A program made the translations under genes and the position numbers. From Pseudothermotoga sp. (GTDB lineage: Bacteria; Thermotogota; Thermotogae; Thermotogales; DSM-5069), in the NCBI GenBank assembly GCA_031962025.1, contig JAVRKW010000004.1: a stretch of 64,000 bases of DNA. One strand, 5' to 3'. Each line of letters opens with the position of its first letter. The stretch's first letter is position 1. Shown here piece after piece: positions 52,743-62,678 of the stretch. Below the pieces are notes generated by a model. That model made no database searches, was not told the origin of the DNA, and saw only the letters and a program-made list of their open reading frames with translations.

Positions 52743-53924
52743 TCATTCTCTAAGACCAAGGTACAGTTCCTGGTCCGCAACAAGTTCATGTCTCATGGCT
52801 TTTTCAAATGCAAATCTTATATGTTCCGGGTTTATGTCTCTTCCGCCAAGGCCATAGACAAAAGATCCAAGTAAAGGTCTTGATGCAGCTTCATAGAGAG
52901 AAGACTTTATTGCTTCATAAAGTGGTGCCTCAGCTCCAAATGAAGCTGACCTGTCCAGCACGACAACTGCTCTTCTTCCAGTTAAAAGTCGCTGAATCTC
53001 GGCTTTGGGGAATGGTCTGAACATCCATATTTTCAGCAAGCCCACTTTTTTACCTTCTTCTCTCAACTGGTCAACGACGTATTTGATCGTTCCATTTGTT
53101 GAACCCAGAGCAACCATGACGTACTGTGCATCATCCATTTTGTATGGTTCCACGAAATTGTATTTTCTGCCGGTTATTTTGTAAAATTCCTCGGCTATAC
53201 CTGGAAAGATCTTGAACACGTTCTTCATCGCTTCAATCTGCTGTCGCTTGTGTTCAAAGTAATAATCATACAGATCAAGAGGACCGTATGTGACGGGATG
53301 TTCTGTATCGAGCAACGGGTACAATGGTTTGAGTTCACCCACAAAATTCTTTACAACTTCATCGGGTAACAGTTCAACAGGTTCAACACCATGGGAAATT
53401 ATGAACCCATCCTGATTCACCATGACAGGGAGTCTTACCTGTTCATGCTCCGCAAGCCTGACTGCCATGATTGTCAGATCGTAAACTTCCTGAGCATCTT
53501 CGCAGAACAGCTGTATCCATCCAGAATCTCTTTCTGCCATCGTGTCACTGTGGTCGCAGTGGATGTTTATTGGACCGCTCAGTGCTCTATTGACAACGGG
53601 CATTACCACTGGCAGTCTCATAGAAGCGGCAATGTACACGATTTCATGCATGAGAGCCAGTCCGTTTGCGCTTGTCGCAGTCATCGCTCTTGCGCCCGCA
53701 GCCGCCGCACCAACAACAGCACTCATGGCACTGTGCTCACTTTCAACGGGTATCATCTCTGTTCTCACTACACCATCAGCAACGTATTTTGCAAAGTATT
53801 CAACTATTGGTGTCTGCGGAGTGATTGGATAAGCAGCCACAACATCCGGTTCAATCTGTTTCATAGCGTATGCGGCTGCCTGTGCACCCGTGATTGCTTC
53901 TTTATGAGTTTTAATCATATTCAT
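52743..53924 (-). CDS. porA: Pyruvate:ferredoxin oxidoreductase alpha subunit
   Basis: AYPITPQT, VESEHSAMS, TATS..GL, NRA. Confidence 0.93.
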   Translation of the reverse strand: MNMIKTHKEAITGAQAAAYAMKQIEPDVVAAYPITPQTPIVEYFAKYVADGVVRTEMIPVESEHSAMSAVVGAAAAGARAMTATSANGLALMHEIVYIAASMRLPVVMPVVNRALSGPINIHCDHSDTMAERDSGWIQLFCEDAQEVYDLTIMAVRLAEHEQVRLPVMVNQDGFIISHGVEPVELLPDEVVKNFVGELKPLYPLLDTEHPVTYGPLDLYDYYFEHKRQQIEAMKNVFKIFPGIAEEFYKITGRKYNFVEPYKMDDAQYVMVALGSTNGTIKYVVDQLREEGKKVGLLKIWMFRPFPKAEIQRLLTGRRAVVVLDRSASFGAEAPLYEAIKSSLYEAASRPLLGSFVYGLGGRDINPEHIRFAFEKAMRHELVADQELYLGLRE

Positions 53925-54223
53925 TCCTCCTTGTGTACAAATTCAGTCTCGGGTTTCATTTCAATGGCTTTTTTCGGACAGACATTCGCACAGATGCCGC
54001 AACCTTTGCAATAAAAGTAATTGATGCCTTTCATCACAGAATTCTCCTGCATGATTGCCTGATCCGGACAGTAAAACCAGCACATCATACAATCTATACA
54101 TTTGGATCTATCGTAAACCGGTCTTTTTACACGCCAGTCACCTGTTCTGTACTTGCGAGCAGTACCCGGTTCCGTTATGATTCCACCGATTGGAATCTCG
54201 TTCCATTTCTTGAGCTCAGCCAC
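53921..54223 (-). CDS. porD: Pyruvate:ferredoxin oxidoreductase delta subunit
   Basis: TGDWR..RP, CIDCMMC...CP, YCKGCGICA.VCP. Confidence 0.93.
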   Translation of the reverse strand: MAELKKWNEIPIGGIITEPGTARKYRTGDWRVKRPVYDRSKCIDCMMCWFYCPDQAIMQENSVMKGINYFYCKGCGICANVCPKKAIEMKPETEFVHKEE

Positions 54224-54788
54224 TGCAGCTCACCTCCTCATAGCCTCTCCTCAAAGCCCTGATATTTGCTTGAAGCATATCTGCGGAAAGCTTCTTTTCA
54301 AACATTCCGCGGATTTTCTGTTCAGCCGCTTCGAGTGTAATCAGCCCTGTAACCTTGGCGATGGTTCCAAGTATCACGGTATTGGGTATACCTCTTTTGA
54401 TCTCTTCAAGGGCGATATCCGTTGCTCTTATAGTGCATATCTTTCCGTTGAATCCCGTCTTTTTTCTGATGTATTCAATTGGATGAGTTGTGTTGACTAT
54501 TAACACACCTTTTTCGTCCAGACCCTCGACAACGCTCGCAGAAAGAAGTGTGTCATCTATGACTACAACAACATTTGGCTTCTCAACTGCGGAATGGATT
54601 GTTATTCTCTGATCACTGATTCTGTTGAAGGCTTTCATTGGAGCTCCTGATCTCTCAGCACCGTATTCAGGAAAAGCCTGAGCATATTTACCCATGTCCA
54701 GAACAGCTTCGGCAAGCAACTGAGAAGCACTTTTTGCACCTTGTCCTGCTCTTGAGTGCCACCTGATCTCATAGTATTTGGTAGACAC
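54216..54788 (-). CDS. porC: Pyruvate:ferredoxin oxidoreductase gamma subunit
   Basis: EIRWHSRAGQG, FPEYGAERSGAP, PNT.ILG; GTG start at 54788. Confidence 0.9.
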   Translation of the reverse strand: MSTKYYEIRWHSRAGQGAKSASQLLAEAVLDMGKYAQAFPEYGAERSGAPMKAFNRISDQRITIHSAVEKPNVVVVIDDTLLSASVVEGLDEKGVLIVNTTHPIEYIRKKTGFNGKICTIRATDIALEEIKRGIPNTVILGTIAKVTGLITLEAAEQKIRGMFEKKLSADMLQANIRALRRGYEEVSCSG

Positions 54789-54789
54789 T

Positions 54790-56394
54790 TTATCCCTCCT
54801 CTCGAAGTTTTTCATCCAGATACATTCGGTAATCGAGCCACGGAAAAATGGCGTCCATTTTTTCAATTTTTTCAAGATACTGCTCATCTATATTATTGCT
54901 CATAAACTGATTCTCAAGATCTAAAAACCTTTTCACATGCGTTTTGATTCTGTTAACAGCATATTCGACGCTGGTTCTTGTGGTTAAAATGAATGCCCAA
55001 TCACTGGATTGTAAAAGCAAAAGTTCTCTGAGCATCTGGTTCAGTACTCTGATTTTCAGTGGATCGGTTTCATTTTCATACTGCCTTGCCAGTTTTGTCA
55101 TGCGGTCATGGAGTTCATTCATGTGCAGGTATATCCAGTCATTGTGTCCATTCAGCCAGGTCTCGTTGTAACCACCAGATCCCCATGAAGAAGTGGCTGG
55201 TGTGAGTATCTGGAATGTATCAAATTTCTCCAGAATGTCTAAAGCCGTTGCCACTCTTAGAGACTTGTTTTTGGCGGCTTCTCTGAAGAAGTATTCGATG
55301 AATTCTGGACCTTCAAACCACCAGTGTCCGAACAGTTCTGTATCAAACGGAGCTACGATCACCGGCGGTTGTCCGAAAACATCGTACAGTTTTTGTATCT
55401 GATCGAGTTTTTTGTTGAGAAAGTCTATTGCGTGTTCTTTAGCGGCATTCAGAGCTTCCTGACGATTGTACAACTGCTTCTGGTTTAGAGGTGTCTGCTT
55501 GGAAGTTATTCTGTGGTATTTTATTCCGGTATTGACTCTCACACCGCTTGGGTCGATGTAAGGTTTTATATAATCAAAATCTCTGTCAAATCCAACATCT
55601 CTGTAGAATTCTCTGTATCTGTAATCACCAGGATATCCAGTCGTTGCACTCCACACCTGCTCGCTTGACTGTGGATCTCTTGCAAAAACAAAGACGCCCG
55701 AAGGAGTCATCACAGGTCTGTATACACCGTATTTTGGTTTCTCATCAGCATACCACAATCCATGCGAATCAACAAAAAAGAATTCCAGCCCGTGTCTTTT
55801 TAGAAATTCATCGAGCCCTTGAAAATAACCGCATTCAGCGAGCCAGATTCCTTTTGGTGCAAAACCCAATCTCTCCTGAAATGCCCGCACCCCTATGCCG
55901 ATCTGTGCATTAACGGCATTTGGTTGATGCTGCATCAGAGGCAGAAATGCATGAGTGGCATTACAGGTGATGAGTTCTAAATAACCTTCATTGGCGTATT
56001 TTGCAAAACCTTTTGAAAGATCGTAATTGAGATTTTCGTAATATTCCAGAACCTGTGTGAATCTGTCTTTATAGAAAACAGCCAGAGCCTTTTCTTCCTG
56101 GCTCTGGGCATGTGAGATCTCTTTATCGCTCAGCTCTATCAATTTGTTTATGTGTGAGATGAATTTTTCTGTAAGTCCATTTGTTTTTGTCATCTCAAGC
56201 AGTGGAGGGGTAAGGGAGATGGTTAGCTTGAAAGGTATGCCGTCTTTTTCAAGCCTGTCAAAAACCATCAGAAGAGGTATGTAGCTTTCTATCAGTGCTT
56301 CGAAGAACCATCTCTCTTCAAGAAAAGTTTCATGCTCTGGATGATGAACGTATGGAAGATGAGAATGAAGAGTCAAACAAAAATACCCAGTCAT
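54790..56394 (-). CDS. GH57 glycogen/1,4-alpha-glucan branching enzyme (DUF1957)
   Basis: LHSHLPYV, ESYIPL, GIWLAEC, YREFYRD, PFDTELFGHWWFEG, QSSDW.F. Confidence 0.93.
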   Translation of the reverse strand: MTGYFCLTLHSHLPYVHHPEHETFLEERWFFEALIESYIPLLMVFDRLEKDGIPFKLTISLTPPLLEMTKTNGLTEKFISHINKLIELSDKEISHAQSQEEKALAVFYKDRFTQVLEYYENLNYDLSKGFAKYANEGYLELITCNATHAFLPLMQHQPNAVNAQIGIGVRAFQERLGFAPKGIWLAECGYFQGLDEFLKRHGLEFFFVDSHGLWYADEKPKYGVYRPVMTPSGVFVFARDPQSSEQVWSATTGYPGDYRYREFYRDVGFDRDFDYIKPYIDPSGVRVNTGIKYHRITSKQTPLNQKQLYNRQEALNAAKEHAIDFLNKKLDQIQKLYDVFGQPPVIVAPFDTELFGHWWFEGPEFIEYFFREAAKNKSLRVATALDILEKFDTFQILTPATSSWGSGGYNETWLNGHNDWIYLHMNELHDRMTKLARQYENETDPLKIRVLNQMLRELLLLQSSDWAFILTTRTSVEYAVNRIKTHVKRFLDLENQFMSNNIDEQYLEKIEKMDAIFPWLDYRMYLDEKLREEG

Positions 56395-57062
56395 AGTCCA
56401 ACACCACCAGAAATAGCACTCTTTGAACTGAAAATGCCGATGTGCTCAACCGGTTTTATCAATACTTCTCCAATTGTGACGACCTGCTTCTTGCCTTTGA
56501 CAAACCATCTCTGCCTGTTTGTAGTGGCTGGCGAGTCAGAAGGAGTTCTGCACAGGTTTGATCTGAGAACTGGCACGAAGGTATCCTGTGCTTTGTAGCC
56601 GATTTCAGCTATGTAATCGGCATTTGCACACGGAACGTGAAAGTAATAATTTCGACATACTCCAAGATCTACACCCGCTTCGAAAACCCGGTGTGCGTTT
56701 TTACCATCGAACAGGATATAGGTCACATCGTAAAGTCTCACGACTACGTTGCCTGTCTTTGCCATTTTTTCATACGTTTGCTTTGAAAGATCCCAGTAAA
56801 GGAACAGAAGATGGGGATTCACCACAAGCAGTGACAATCTGTCAGATTCATAAGAGTTTGGGATTTGATCTATTTTTTCCGTGGGTGGCTGTGTGATTTT
56901 TTCCTGTTCCTCTAACTTAAAAGCGTATTCTCTGAGTGCTCTATAAACTTCGTTTTTTTTCATTCTTTTTTTGATCTTCAGACCGAGTTTTTTTGCGAGG
57001 GCTTTGGCTTGCTGAATAGTGGGCTGGCTTTCAAGAAAATTAAGCACTTCCTGGCGATTCAC
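56391..57062 (-). CDS. DUF4912-type protein typically paired with GH57
   Basis: L.VVNP..LF.YWD, RLYDVT, Y.AEIG, RSN...TP. Confidence 0.8.
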   Translation of the reverse strand: MNRQEVLNFLESQPTIQQAKALAKKLGLKIKKRMKKNEVYRALREYAFKLEEQEKITQPPTEKIDQIPNSYESDRLSLLVVNPHLLFLYWDLSKQTYEKMAKTGNVVVRLYDVTYILFDGKNAHRVFEAGVDLGVCRNYYFHVPCANADYIAEIGYKAQDTFVPVLRSNLCRTPSDSPATTNRQRWFVKGKKQVVTIGEVLIKPVEHIGIFSSKSAISGGVGL

Positions 57063-57146
57063 GGTAGGCGCCCCCTTTTGCAAAATATTTACACTATATT
57101 CTATCATGTTCTCATAATGTTGTAAATAGTTGAAAAAAAGAGAAAA

Positions 57147-57165
57147 AGGGTCTTTTTAAGACCCT
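57147..57165 (-). terminator. Terminator after dnaJ
   Basis: AGGGTCTT-TTT-AAGACCCT with an A-run on its left (U-tract on the minus strand). Confidence 0.65.
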
Positions 57166-57212
57166 GCCAGGAAATAAATGTTAAAAATCAGGTGGACTTT
57201 GGCGTAGTTTTG

Positions 57213-58328
57213 TTATATATTCGTTCCTCTTATTTTTGCGATTTCTTTGAGCAGTTTTGCCTCTTCAGAGGTTATATTGTCTGGTATTCTCACATTGACT
57301 GTGACGTACAGATCACCGCGTCTTCCAGTTCTTACTGATGGTGCTCCTTCGCCTTTCAAGCGAAAGATACTGCCCGGTTGTGTTCCAGCAGGTATTCTCA
57401 GCATGGTTGAACCGCCGGTGGGAAGATCGAGTTTTATTGTCGTTCCCAGTATTGCTTGAATGTAATCGATTGATATATCTATGTAGATATCATCATCCTG
57501 TCTTCTGAATCTTTTATCTGGTTTGACGTGTACTGTGACATAAAGATCTCCGTATGGACCACCGTTGTATCCGGCATTGCCAGCTCCATCAATTCTCAAT
57601 CTTGTCCCGTCTGAAACCCCGGCTGGTATATTCACGGTTGTTCTGATTCGCCTTTTGACTCTACCCGTTCCACCACAAACGTGGCATTTTTCCTTGATCA
57701 CCTTGCCGGTTCCACCGCAGGTGTTACATGTCCTGGTGCTGACAAAAACGCCGAAGATACTGCGTCTTTCTTCTCTTATGACGCCTGTTCCATGGCATCT
57801 CGGACAGGTCTGATAACCGCTGCCCGGCTCAACTCCCTGACCGTCGCAGTGTTCACATTTTTCAAATCTATCGTATTCAATAGGAATCTGTTTTCCAGTC
57901 AGAGATTCGGCAAAATCTATTTCCACTGTGACTGAGATATCCTCACCCGATCTTCGGCGAGTCTGCTGTCTTTCTTCGGCACCGCGTTCACCAAAGAATA
58001 TGTCGAAAATATCTCTGCCAAAAAAGCTCTCAAAATCTTTGAAGACATCTTCAAAGGTGGTCCCGGCGCCTTGCTGTGAAAATTCGGTTTCTCCAACATA
58101 GCCAAAGCGATCGTACATGGCTTTTTTCTGAGGATCGCTCAGTACTTCGTAAGCCTCCTGTATTTCTTTGAACTTTTCCTCTGCTTCTTTTTTATTCTCA
58201 GGATGCAAATCTGGATGCCACTGTTTAATGAGTTTTTTGTAGGCTTTTTTTATGTCTTCCTGTGATGCATCCTTACTGACACCCAGTATTGCGTAATAGT
58301 CTTTACTCTGTCTTGGCACTTTCTCCAC
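57213..58328 (-). CDS. dnaJ: Chaperone DnaJ
   Basis: J-domain HPD, G/F region, four CxxCxGxG repeats. Confidence 0.98.
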   Translation of the reverse strand: MEKVPRQSKDYYAILGVSKDASQEDIKKAYKKLIKQWHPDLHPENKKEAEEKFKEIQEAYEVLSDPQKKAMYDRFGYVGETEFSQQGAGTTFEDVFKDFESFFGRDIFDIFFGERGAEERQQTRRRSGEDISVTVEIDFAESLTGKQIPIEYDRFEKCEHCDGQGVEPGSGYQTCPRCHGTGVIREERRSIFGVFVSTRTCNTCGGTGKVIKEKCHVCGGTGRVKRRIRTTVNIPAGVSDGTRLRIDGAGNAGYNGGPYGDLYVTVHVKPDKRFRRQDDDIYIDISIDYIQAILGTTIKLDLPTGGSTMLRIPAGTQPGSIFRLKGEGAPSVRTGRRGDLYVTVNVRIPDNITSEEAKLLKEIAKIRGTNI

Positions 58329-58818
58329 CTCTTGGTTTTATTGCAACTCTCACCTTTACCGGTTTGACTATCTTGTTGTGGAATTTGTAACCATCTTCCA
58401 GTACTTTTATCACTGAATATTCCTCATGTTCATTGGTTTCTACTTTTTCGACTGCTTCATGTTCAAAAGGATCGAATTTTTCTTTGGCTTCTATTTTGAA
58501 GAAACCTTCATCGTTCAACACTTTCCACAATTTTTTGTAGATCATCTCCATTCCTTTATAAAAGTTTTTGTAAGAGTGTGATTGTTCTACTTCTTTGAAA
58601 GCCCTCTCCATGTCGTCCAGTACCGGTATGAGCTTTGTGAGAAAGTATTCATTTGCATTTTTTATGATTTGCTCTCTTTCTCTGAGTGAGTCTTTTTTGT
58701 AGTTTTCGAACTGGGCTTTGAGTTCTCTCAGATATGCCAAAAGCTCTGTGTTCTGCTGCTGGAGTTTTTCAACTGTCTGCTGGTCTTCCTGCACTGGTTT
58801 TTTTTCATTGTCGTTCAT
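58303..58818 (-). CDS. grpE: Nucleotide exchange factor GrpE
   Basis: AQFENYKK, L.PVLDD.ERA, FDP..HEAV, GY. Confidence 0.95.
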   Translation of the reverse strand: MNDNEKKPVQEDQQTVEKLQQQNTELLAYLRELKAQFENYKKDSLREREQIIKNANEYFLTKLIPVLDDMERAFKEVEQSHSYKNFYKGMEMIYKKLWKVLNDEGFFKIEAKEKFDPFEHEAVEKVETNEHEEYSVIKVLEDGYKFHNKIVKPVKVRVAIKPRGGESAKTE

Positions 58819-59849
58819 CTTTTTCCCTCCTCTCTTGTCGCAACTGTGAAATATTCGGTGAGCCGACTTACCATATATCTCAACGAGTTGAAGATATCTT
58901 CGTATTTAACAACTTTTGACGTTATCACAATGACCTTGCCCATGAGTTTTTCTTCTTTTTTGTAACCATCTGCGAAGATGGCAAAATTCTCCAAACCCTG
59001 AATACCGTGCTCGGAGCCTATGAAAACCGCTGGGAGTTGTTCAATCTTCTGGAGCGTCTTTTTCAAAAGTATATCATCTGAAAAGAAGTTAGAGAGTTTT
59101 CTTATTTCATCTATATTGAAATACTCGGCATTTATCAACGTATCAATTCCAACTTTCACAAGATTGCTGGAAGAATCCTCTCTCAGTGCGTTGATCAGAT
59201 GCTCGGATAGGTCCAGAAGATACTGATCCACCTCGGTTTCAATTTTTCTGTCACCTATGTTTTCAATAGTTTGTCCTCTTAGAAGTTCGTTCATCATGTT
59301 TTCTAAGGAGAGATAATCTATTTCGTAAAAAGTCCTGAAAGGTATGAATTTGACCAGCCCCAGTTCGGTGATCAGCGAAACGACGTTGTATGTCCTGGTT
59401 ATCGGTGCTATGGATATTCTGAGTATTTTCAACTTGTCCACAGCCGGCTTTTCAAGAATAACTGCACCTTTTGTGATGCGCGACAGAGCTATTGCCGCGC
59501 CTGTCAGGATTTTTTCCATATCGCCAAAGGTCATCGGATATTTTGAATGAATAGAAGCCGAATGCTGGGTGTATTCTTTTATCAAACTCAAGGTCTCATC
59601 CACGTAAAATCTGTAGCCCTTATCTGTTGGTACCCGACCAGCAGAAGTGTGGGGCTGGTGCAGATAACCGAGATATTCAAGCCTTCTAAGATCGTTTCTC
59701 ACAGTCGCACTGCTGCACGAAACATCTGAAGCCTCAAGAACACGTTCCGAACTGACAGGCTTCTTTGTAATTATGTATTCTCTGACCACACAGTAGAGAA
59801 TCTTCTTCTGCCGTTCGTTTATTTTCCCTTCCCGTTTCATTTTTATCAC
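58815..59849 (-). CDS. hrcA: Heat-inducible repressor HrcA
   Basis: RQ..IL, PVSS, SSATVRND, QPHTSAGRVPTDKGYR.YVD. Confidence 0.96.
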   Translation of the reverse strand: MIKMKREGKINERQKKILYCVVREYIITKKPVSSERVLEASDVSCSSATVRNDLRRLEYLGYLHQPHTSAGRVPTDKGYRFYVDETLSLIKEYTQHSASIHSKYPMTFGDMEKILTGAAIALSRITKGAVILEKPAVDKLKILRISIAPITRTYNVVSLITELGLVKFIPFRTFYEIDYLSLENMMNELLRGQTIENIGDRKIETEVDQYLLDLSEHLINALREDSSSNLVKVGIDTLINAEYFNIDEIRKLSNFFSDDILLKKTLQKIEQLPAVFIGSEHGIQGLENFAIFADGYKKEEKLMGKVIVITSKVVKYEDIFNSLRYMVSRLTEYFTVATREEGKR

Positions 59850-59869
59850 TCACCATATTCGAGTGCTAA
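59843..59869. promoter_or_regulatory. CIRCE operator overlapping the hrcA start region
   Basis: TTATCACTC-N9-GAGTGCTAA; one mismatch to TTAGCACTC-N9-GAGTGCTAA. Confidence 0.9.
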
Positions 59870-59873
59870 TTTT

Positions 59874-59924
59874 AGCATATCACAGAGTGTAAACCTTGTC
59901 AAGATTTATGAGGGGTGTTAGAAT
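59874..59924. promoter_or_regulatory. Back-to-back hrcA and murE promoters with overlapping -35 boxes
   Basis: Minus: TTGACA(59902-59897)-N17-TATGCT(59879-59874). Plus: TTGTCA(59896-59901)-N17-TAGAAT(59919-59924). Confidence 0.7.
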
Positions 59925-59947
59925 AGCTGTGACAAAGAGGTGGTACG

Positions 59948-61429
59948 ATGTTCGTTCGAGAGCTTTTAAAAGCGGTCAATGACATCTGTGTGAGTTTATC
60001 TTTAAATGGAAAGAGTGATTTACAGATAACTGAACTGACAAACAGATCAACACAGGCAGCCAAGGGTCATCTTTTCATCTGTCACAAAGGCAGCAGGTTT
60101 GATTCACACGACATCGTACCAGAGATAATTAAAAAAGGTGTTTCTTTTCTGGTAGTTGAACGTCCCATCCAGATTGATTTTCCACATGCTGTCGTGAGTG
60201 ATAGCAGACTTGCCGAGGCTTTACTGGCTTCACATTTTTATGGATATCCTTTCAACAATCTGATCACCATTGGTGTGACAGGTACAAACGGCAAGACGAC
60301 GTCGGTACATTTGTTTCATCACGTCTTAAATTCGCTCGGCAGTCGCGGCAGCATGCTCGGCACGGTCTATTACGACATACTCGGTGAGAGCCGTTTTCAT
60401 CACGACAATACCACACCCGGTGCCATAGAGATTCTCAAGGCAATGAGAACCACAGTCGACAGAGATGGCACACATTTTGCAATGGAAGTATCATCGCATT
60501 CACTTGCCATGAAAAGAGTAGAAGGAATAAGATTTGACATAGCAGCCCTTACGAATATCACACGTGATCACCTTGATTTTCATCAAACCTTCGAGGATTA
60601 CACCAGAACCAAACTTCACATTTTTGATCTTTTGAAAGATTCAGGTATAGCATTGATAAGCGATGAATATGAGCATCTTTTGAATAAAAAAGTGAAAAAA
60701 GTTGTGTACGGAATATCACCAAAAAGCGATTATCGAATATCTGATATAGATGTTCAAAGATACGGGACGAAGTTTTCGCTTGAATCTAAACATGGGACCT
60801 TTGAATGCCAGATAAATATTCCCGGATTGCACAATGCCTATAACGCTGCACTTGTCATAGCTGGTCTTGTTGAACTTGGATACGATGCAAAATCAGTGAT
60901 AGAAGCGGTGAAAACTTTTGAGGGCGTAGATGGAAGATTCCAGTTCATCAAAGAGGGTGCCTTGCTTGGAATTGACGTCGTGGTTGATTTTGCACACAGT
61001 CCGGATGCGCTCGAAAAAACCCTTATAACTGCCAGAAAACTGGCATCTGGCAGGATAATAACGGTATTTGGAGCTGGCGGTCAGGCAGATAAAGGTAAAA
61101 GACCGATGATGGCTGAAGTTGTTTGCAGATATTCCGATGTGAGCATAATAACAACCGATGATCCAAGAGGAGAGGATGCACAGGAGATACTCTCAGAGGT
61201 AGAAAAAGGCGTGCCCGCAGGATCACCTTATCTGGTCATACCTGACAGACGCGAGGCTATAGAAACGGCACTAACGCTGGCAAATAGAGGAGACATGGTT
61301 ATAGTAGCCGGCAGAGGGCACGAAGAATACCAGATATTCAGCGATGAAAAAAAGATACCGTTCAAAGATGCCGAGGAGATCAAAAAGATAATCATGAAAG
61401 AATACAGCGAGGATAAAAGACATGTATGA
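59948..61429 (+). CDS. murE: UDP-MurNAc-tripeptide synthetase
   Basis: GVTGTNGKTT, MEVSSH, TNITRDHLDFH, VDFAHSPD, DDPR, AGRGHE.YQ. Confidence 0.96.
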   Translation: MFVRELLKAVNDICVSLSLNGKSDLQITELTNRSTQAAKGHLFICHKGSRFDSHDIVPEIIKKGVSFLVVERPIQIDFPHAVVSDSRLAEALLASHFYGYPFNNLITIGVTGTNGKTTSVHLFHHVLNSLGSRGSMLGTVYYDILGESRFHHDNTTPGAIEILKAMRTTVDRDGTHFAMEVSSHSLAMKRVEGIRFDIAALTNITRDHLDFHQTFEDYTRTKLHIFDLLKDSGIALISDEYEHLLNKKVKKVVYGISPKSDYRISDIDVQRYGTKFSLESKHGTFECQINIPGLHNAYNAALVIAGLVELGYDAKSVIEAVKTFEGVDGRFQFIKEGALLGIDVVVDFAHSPDALEKTLITARKLASGRIITVFGAGGQADKGKRPMMAEVVCRYSDVSIITTDDPRGEDAQEILSEVEKGVPAGSPYLVIPDRREAIETALTLANRGDMVIVAGRGHEEYQIFSDEKKIPFKDAEEIKKIIMKEYSEDKRHV

Positions 61430-62678
61430 CCAGTACAGTTTTGTCATAGACTCTCGAAAAGTCACACCGGGCTGTATTTTCGTCGCAATAAAAGGTGAAA
61501 AAACCGATGGTCATCTTTACGTTAAGGACGCATTGTCCAGCGGTGCAAGGTATGCCGTTGTCGAGAAAGCAGTTGATGCACCTCAGGAAAAGCTGATAAA
61601 GGTTGACAGCACCGTGGATTTTCTAATAAACACAGCACGTGAAAAGGTTCAAAGGTACAACCCCTTTGTAATAGGCATAACCGGTTCAAACGGCAAGACA
61701 ACAACAAAAGAACTGATTTCTCAATCGATTGAATGCTGTTTCTCAAATCCGGGCAATTTCAACACGGAAATTGGCTTACCTTTGTCTATCATCAATCATT
61801 ATAAAGGAGAGAGATATCTGGTTCTTGAGATGGCAATGAACAGATACGGTGATATTGCAAGATTGTGCCAGATAGCCCAGCCAGATATTTCTGTATTACT
61901 TAATGTTGGAACGGCTCATCGCGGTGTCGCAGGAAGTGAACAGGCGATATTAGAAGGTAAGCTCCAGATAATCGAGAATATGAAACCAGATGGTACTGCT
62001 GTTGTCATCAACGATGAAAGAATTGTTCAAAGAATTTCTCAAAGGTCTTTTGTCACTTTCGGATATCGGCAGGGAGATTACCAGTTTGTGGATTATTCGT
62101 ACGATGATCTTTCCACAATTGCAACCTACAAAATAAAGGGTGAGACTGTACGATTCCACTTTAAATCCATCTGGAACACAGGACAGTTGACCAACATCGC
62201 GGCAGTTCTGGCAGTCCTCGATCTGATCAAGGTCAGATACAAAAAAGATTTAATAGAGAATTTCTCTGCTGTACATTCCAGATTCAGAGTTTTCAAACAC
62301 AACGATGTTTTTGTGATCGATGATTGCTACAATGCAAGCCTTGAGTCTTTCAATGTAGCGGTCCAGGCACTCAAAAAACTGGGTAAGCGGTCATTTGCAG
62401 TGGTTGGCTCTATCAAAGAACAGGGTGTATATTCAGTCCAAACCCACCAGACACTTGGTGAGATGCTGGAATCCATCGACGGTGTGATTGTCTACAATTC
62501 TGACCACGAAATCGACGCCATGAAGTGTTCAAAGGAGATACTCAGAACAGATGATATCGATAAAATCGTTTCTCTTTTGAGAAAAATCCTCAAGCCACAG
62601 GATGCCGTTTTGTTTAAAGCCTCAAGAGCAGTTCAAATGGAAAATGTCCTTGCAAAGTACCTGGAGGGAGACGGATGA
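61422..62678 (+). CDS. murF: UDP-MurNAc-tripeptide--D-Ala-D-Ala ligase
   Basis: DSR, ITGSNGKTTTKE, NFNTEIGLP, DDCYNAS, KASR. Confidence 0.95.
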   Translation: MYDQYSFVIDSRKVTPGCIFVAIKGEKTDGHLYVKDALSSGARYAVVEKAVDAPQEKLIKVDSTVDFLINTAREKVQRYNPFVIGITGSNGKTTTKELISQSIECCFSNPGNFNTEIGLPLSIINHYKGERYLVLEMAMNRYGDIARLCQIAQPDISVLLNVGTAHRGVAGSEQAILEGKLQIIENMKPDGTAVVINDERIVQRISQRSFVTFGYRQGDYQFVDYSYDDLSTIATYKIKGETVRFHFKSIWNTGQLTNIAAVLAVLDLIKVRYKKDLIENFSAVHSRFRVFKHNDVFVIDDCYNASLESFNVAVQALKKLGKRSFAVVGSIKEQGVYSVQTHQTLGEMLESIDGVIVYNSDHEIDAMKCSKEILRTDDIDKIVSLLRKILKPQDAVLFKASRAVQMENVLAKYLEGDG

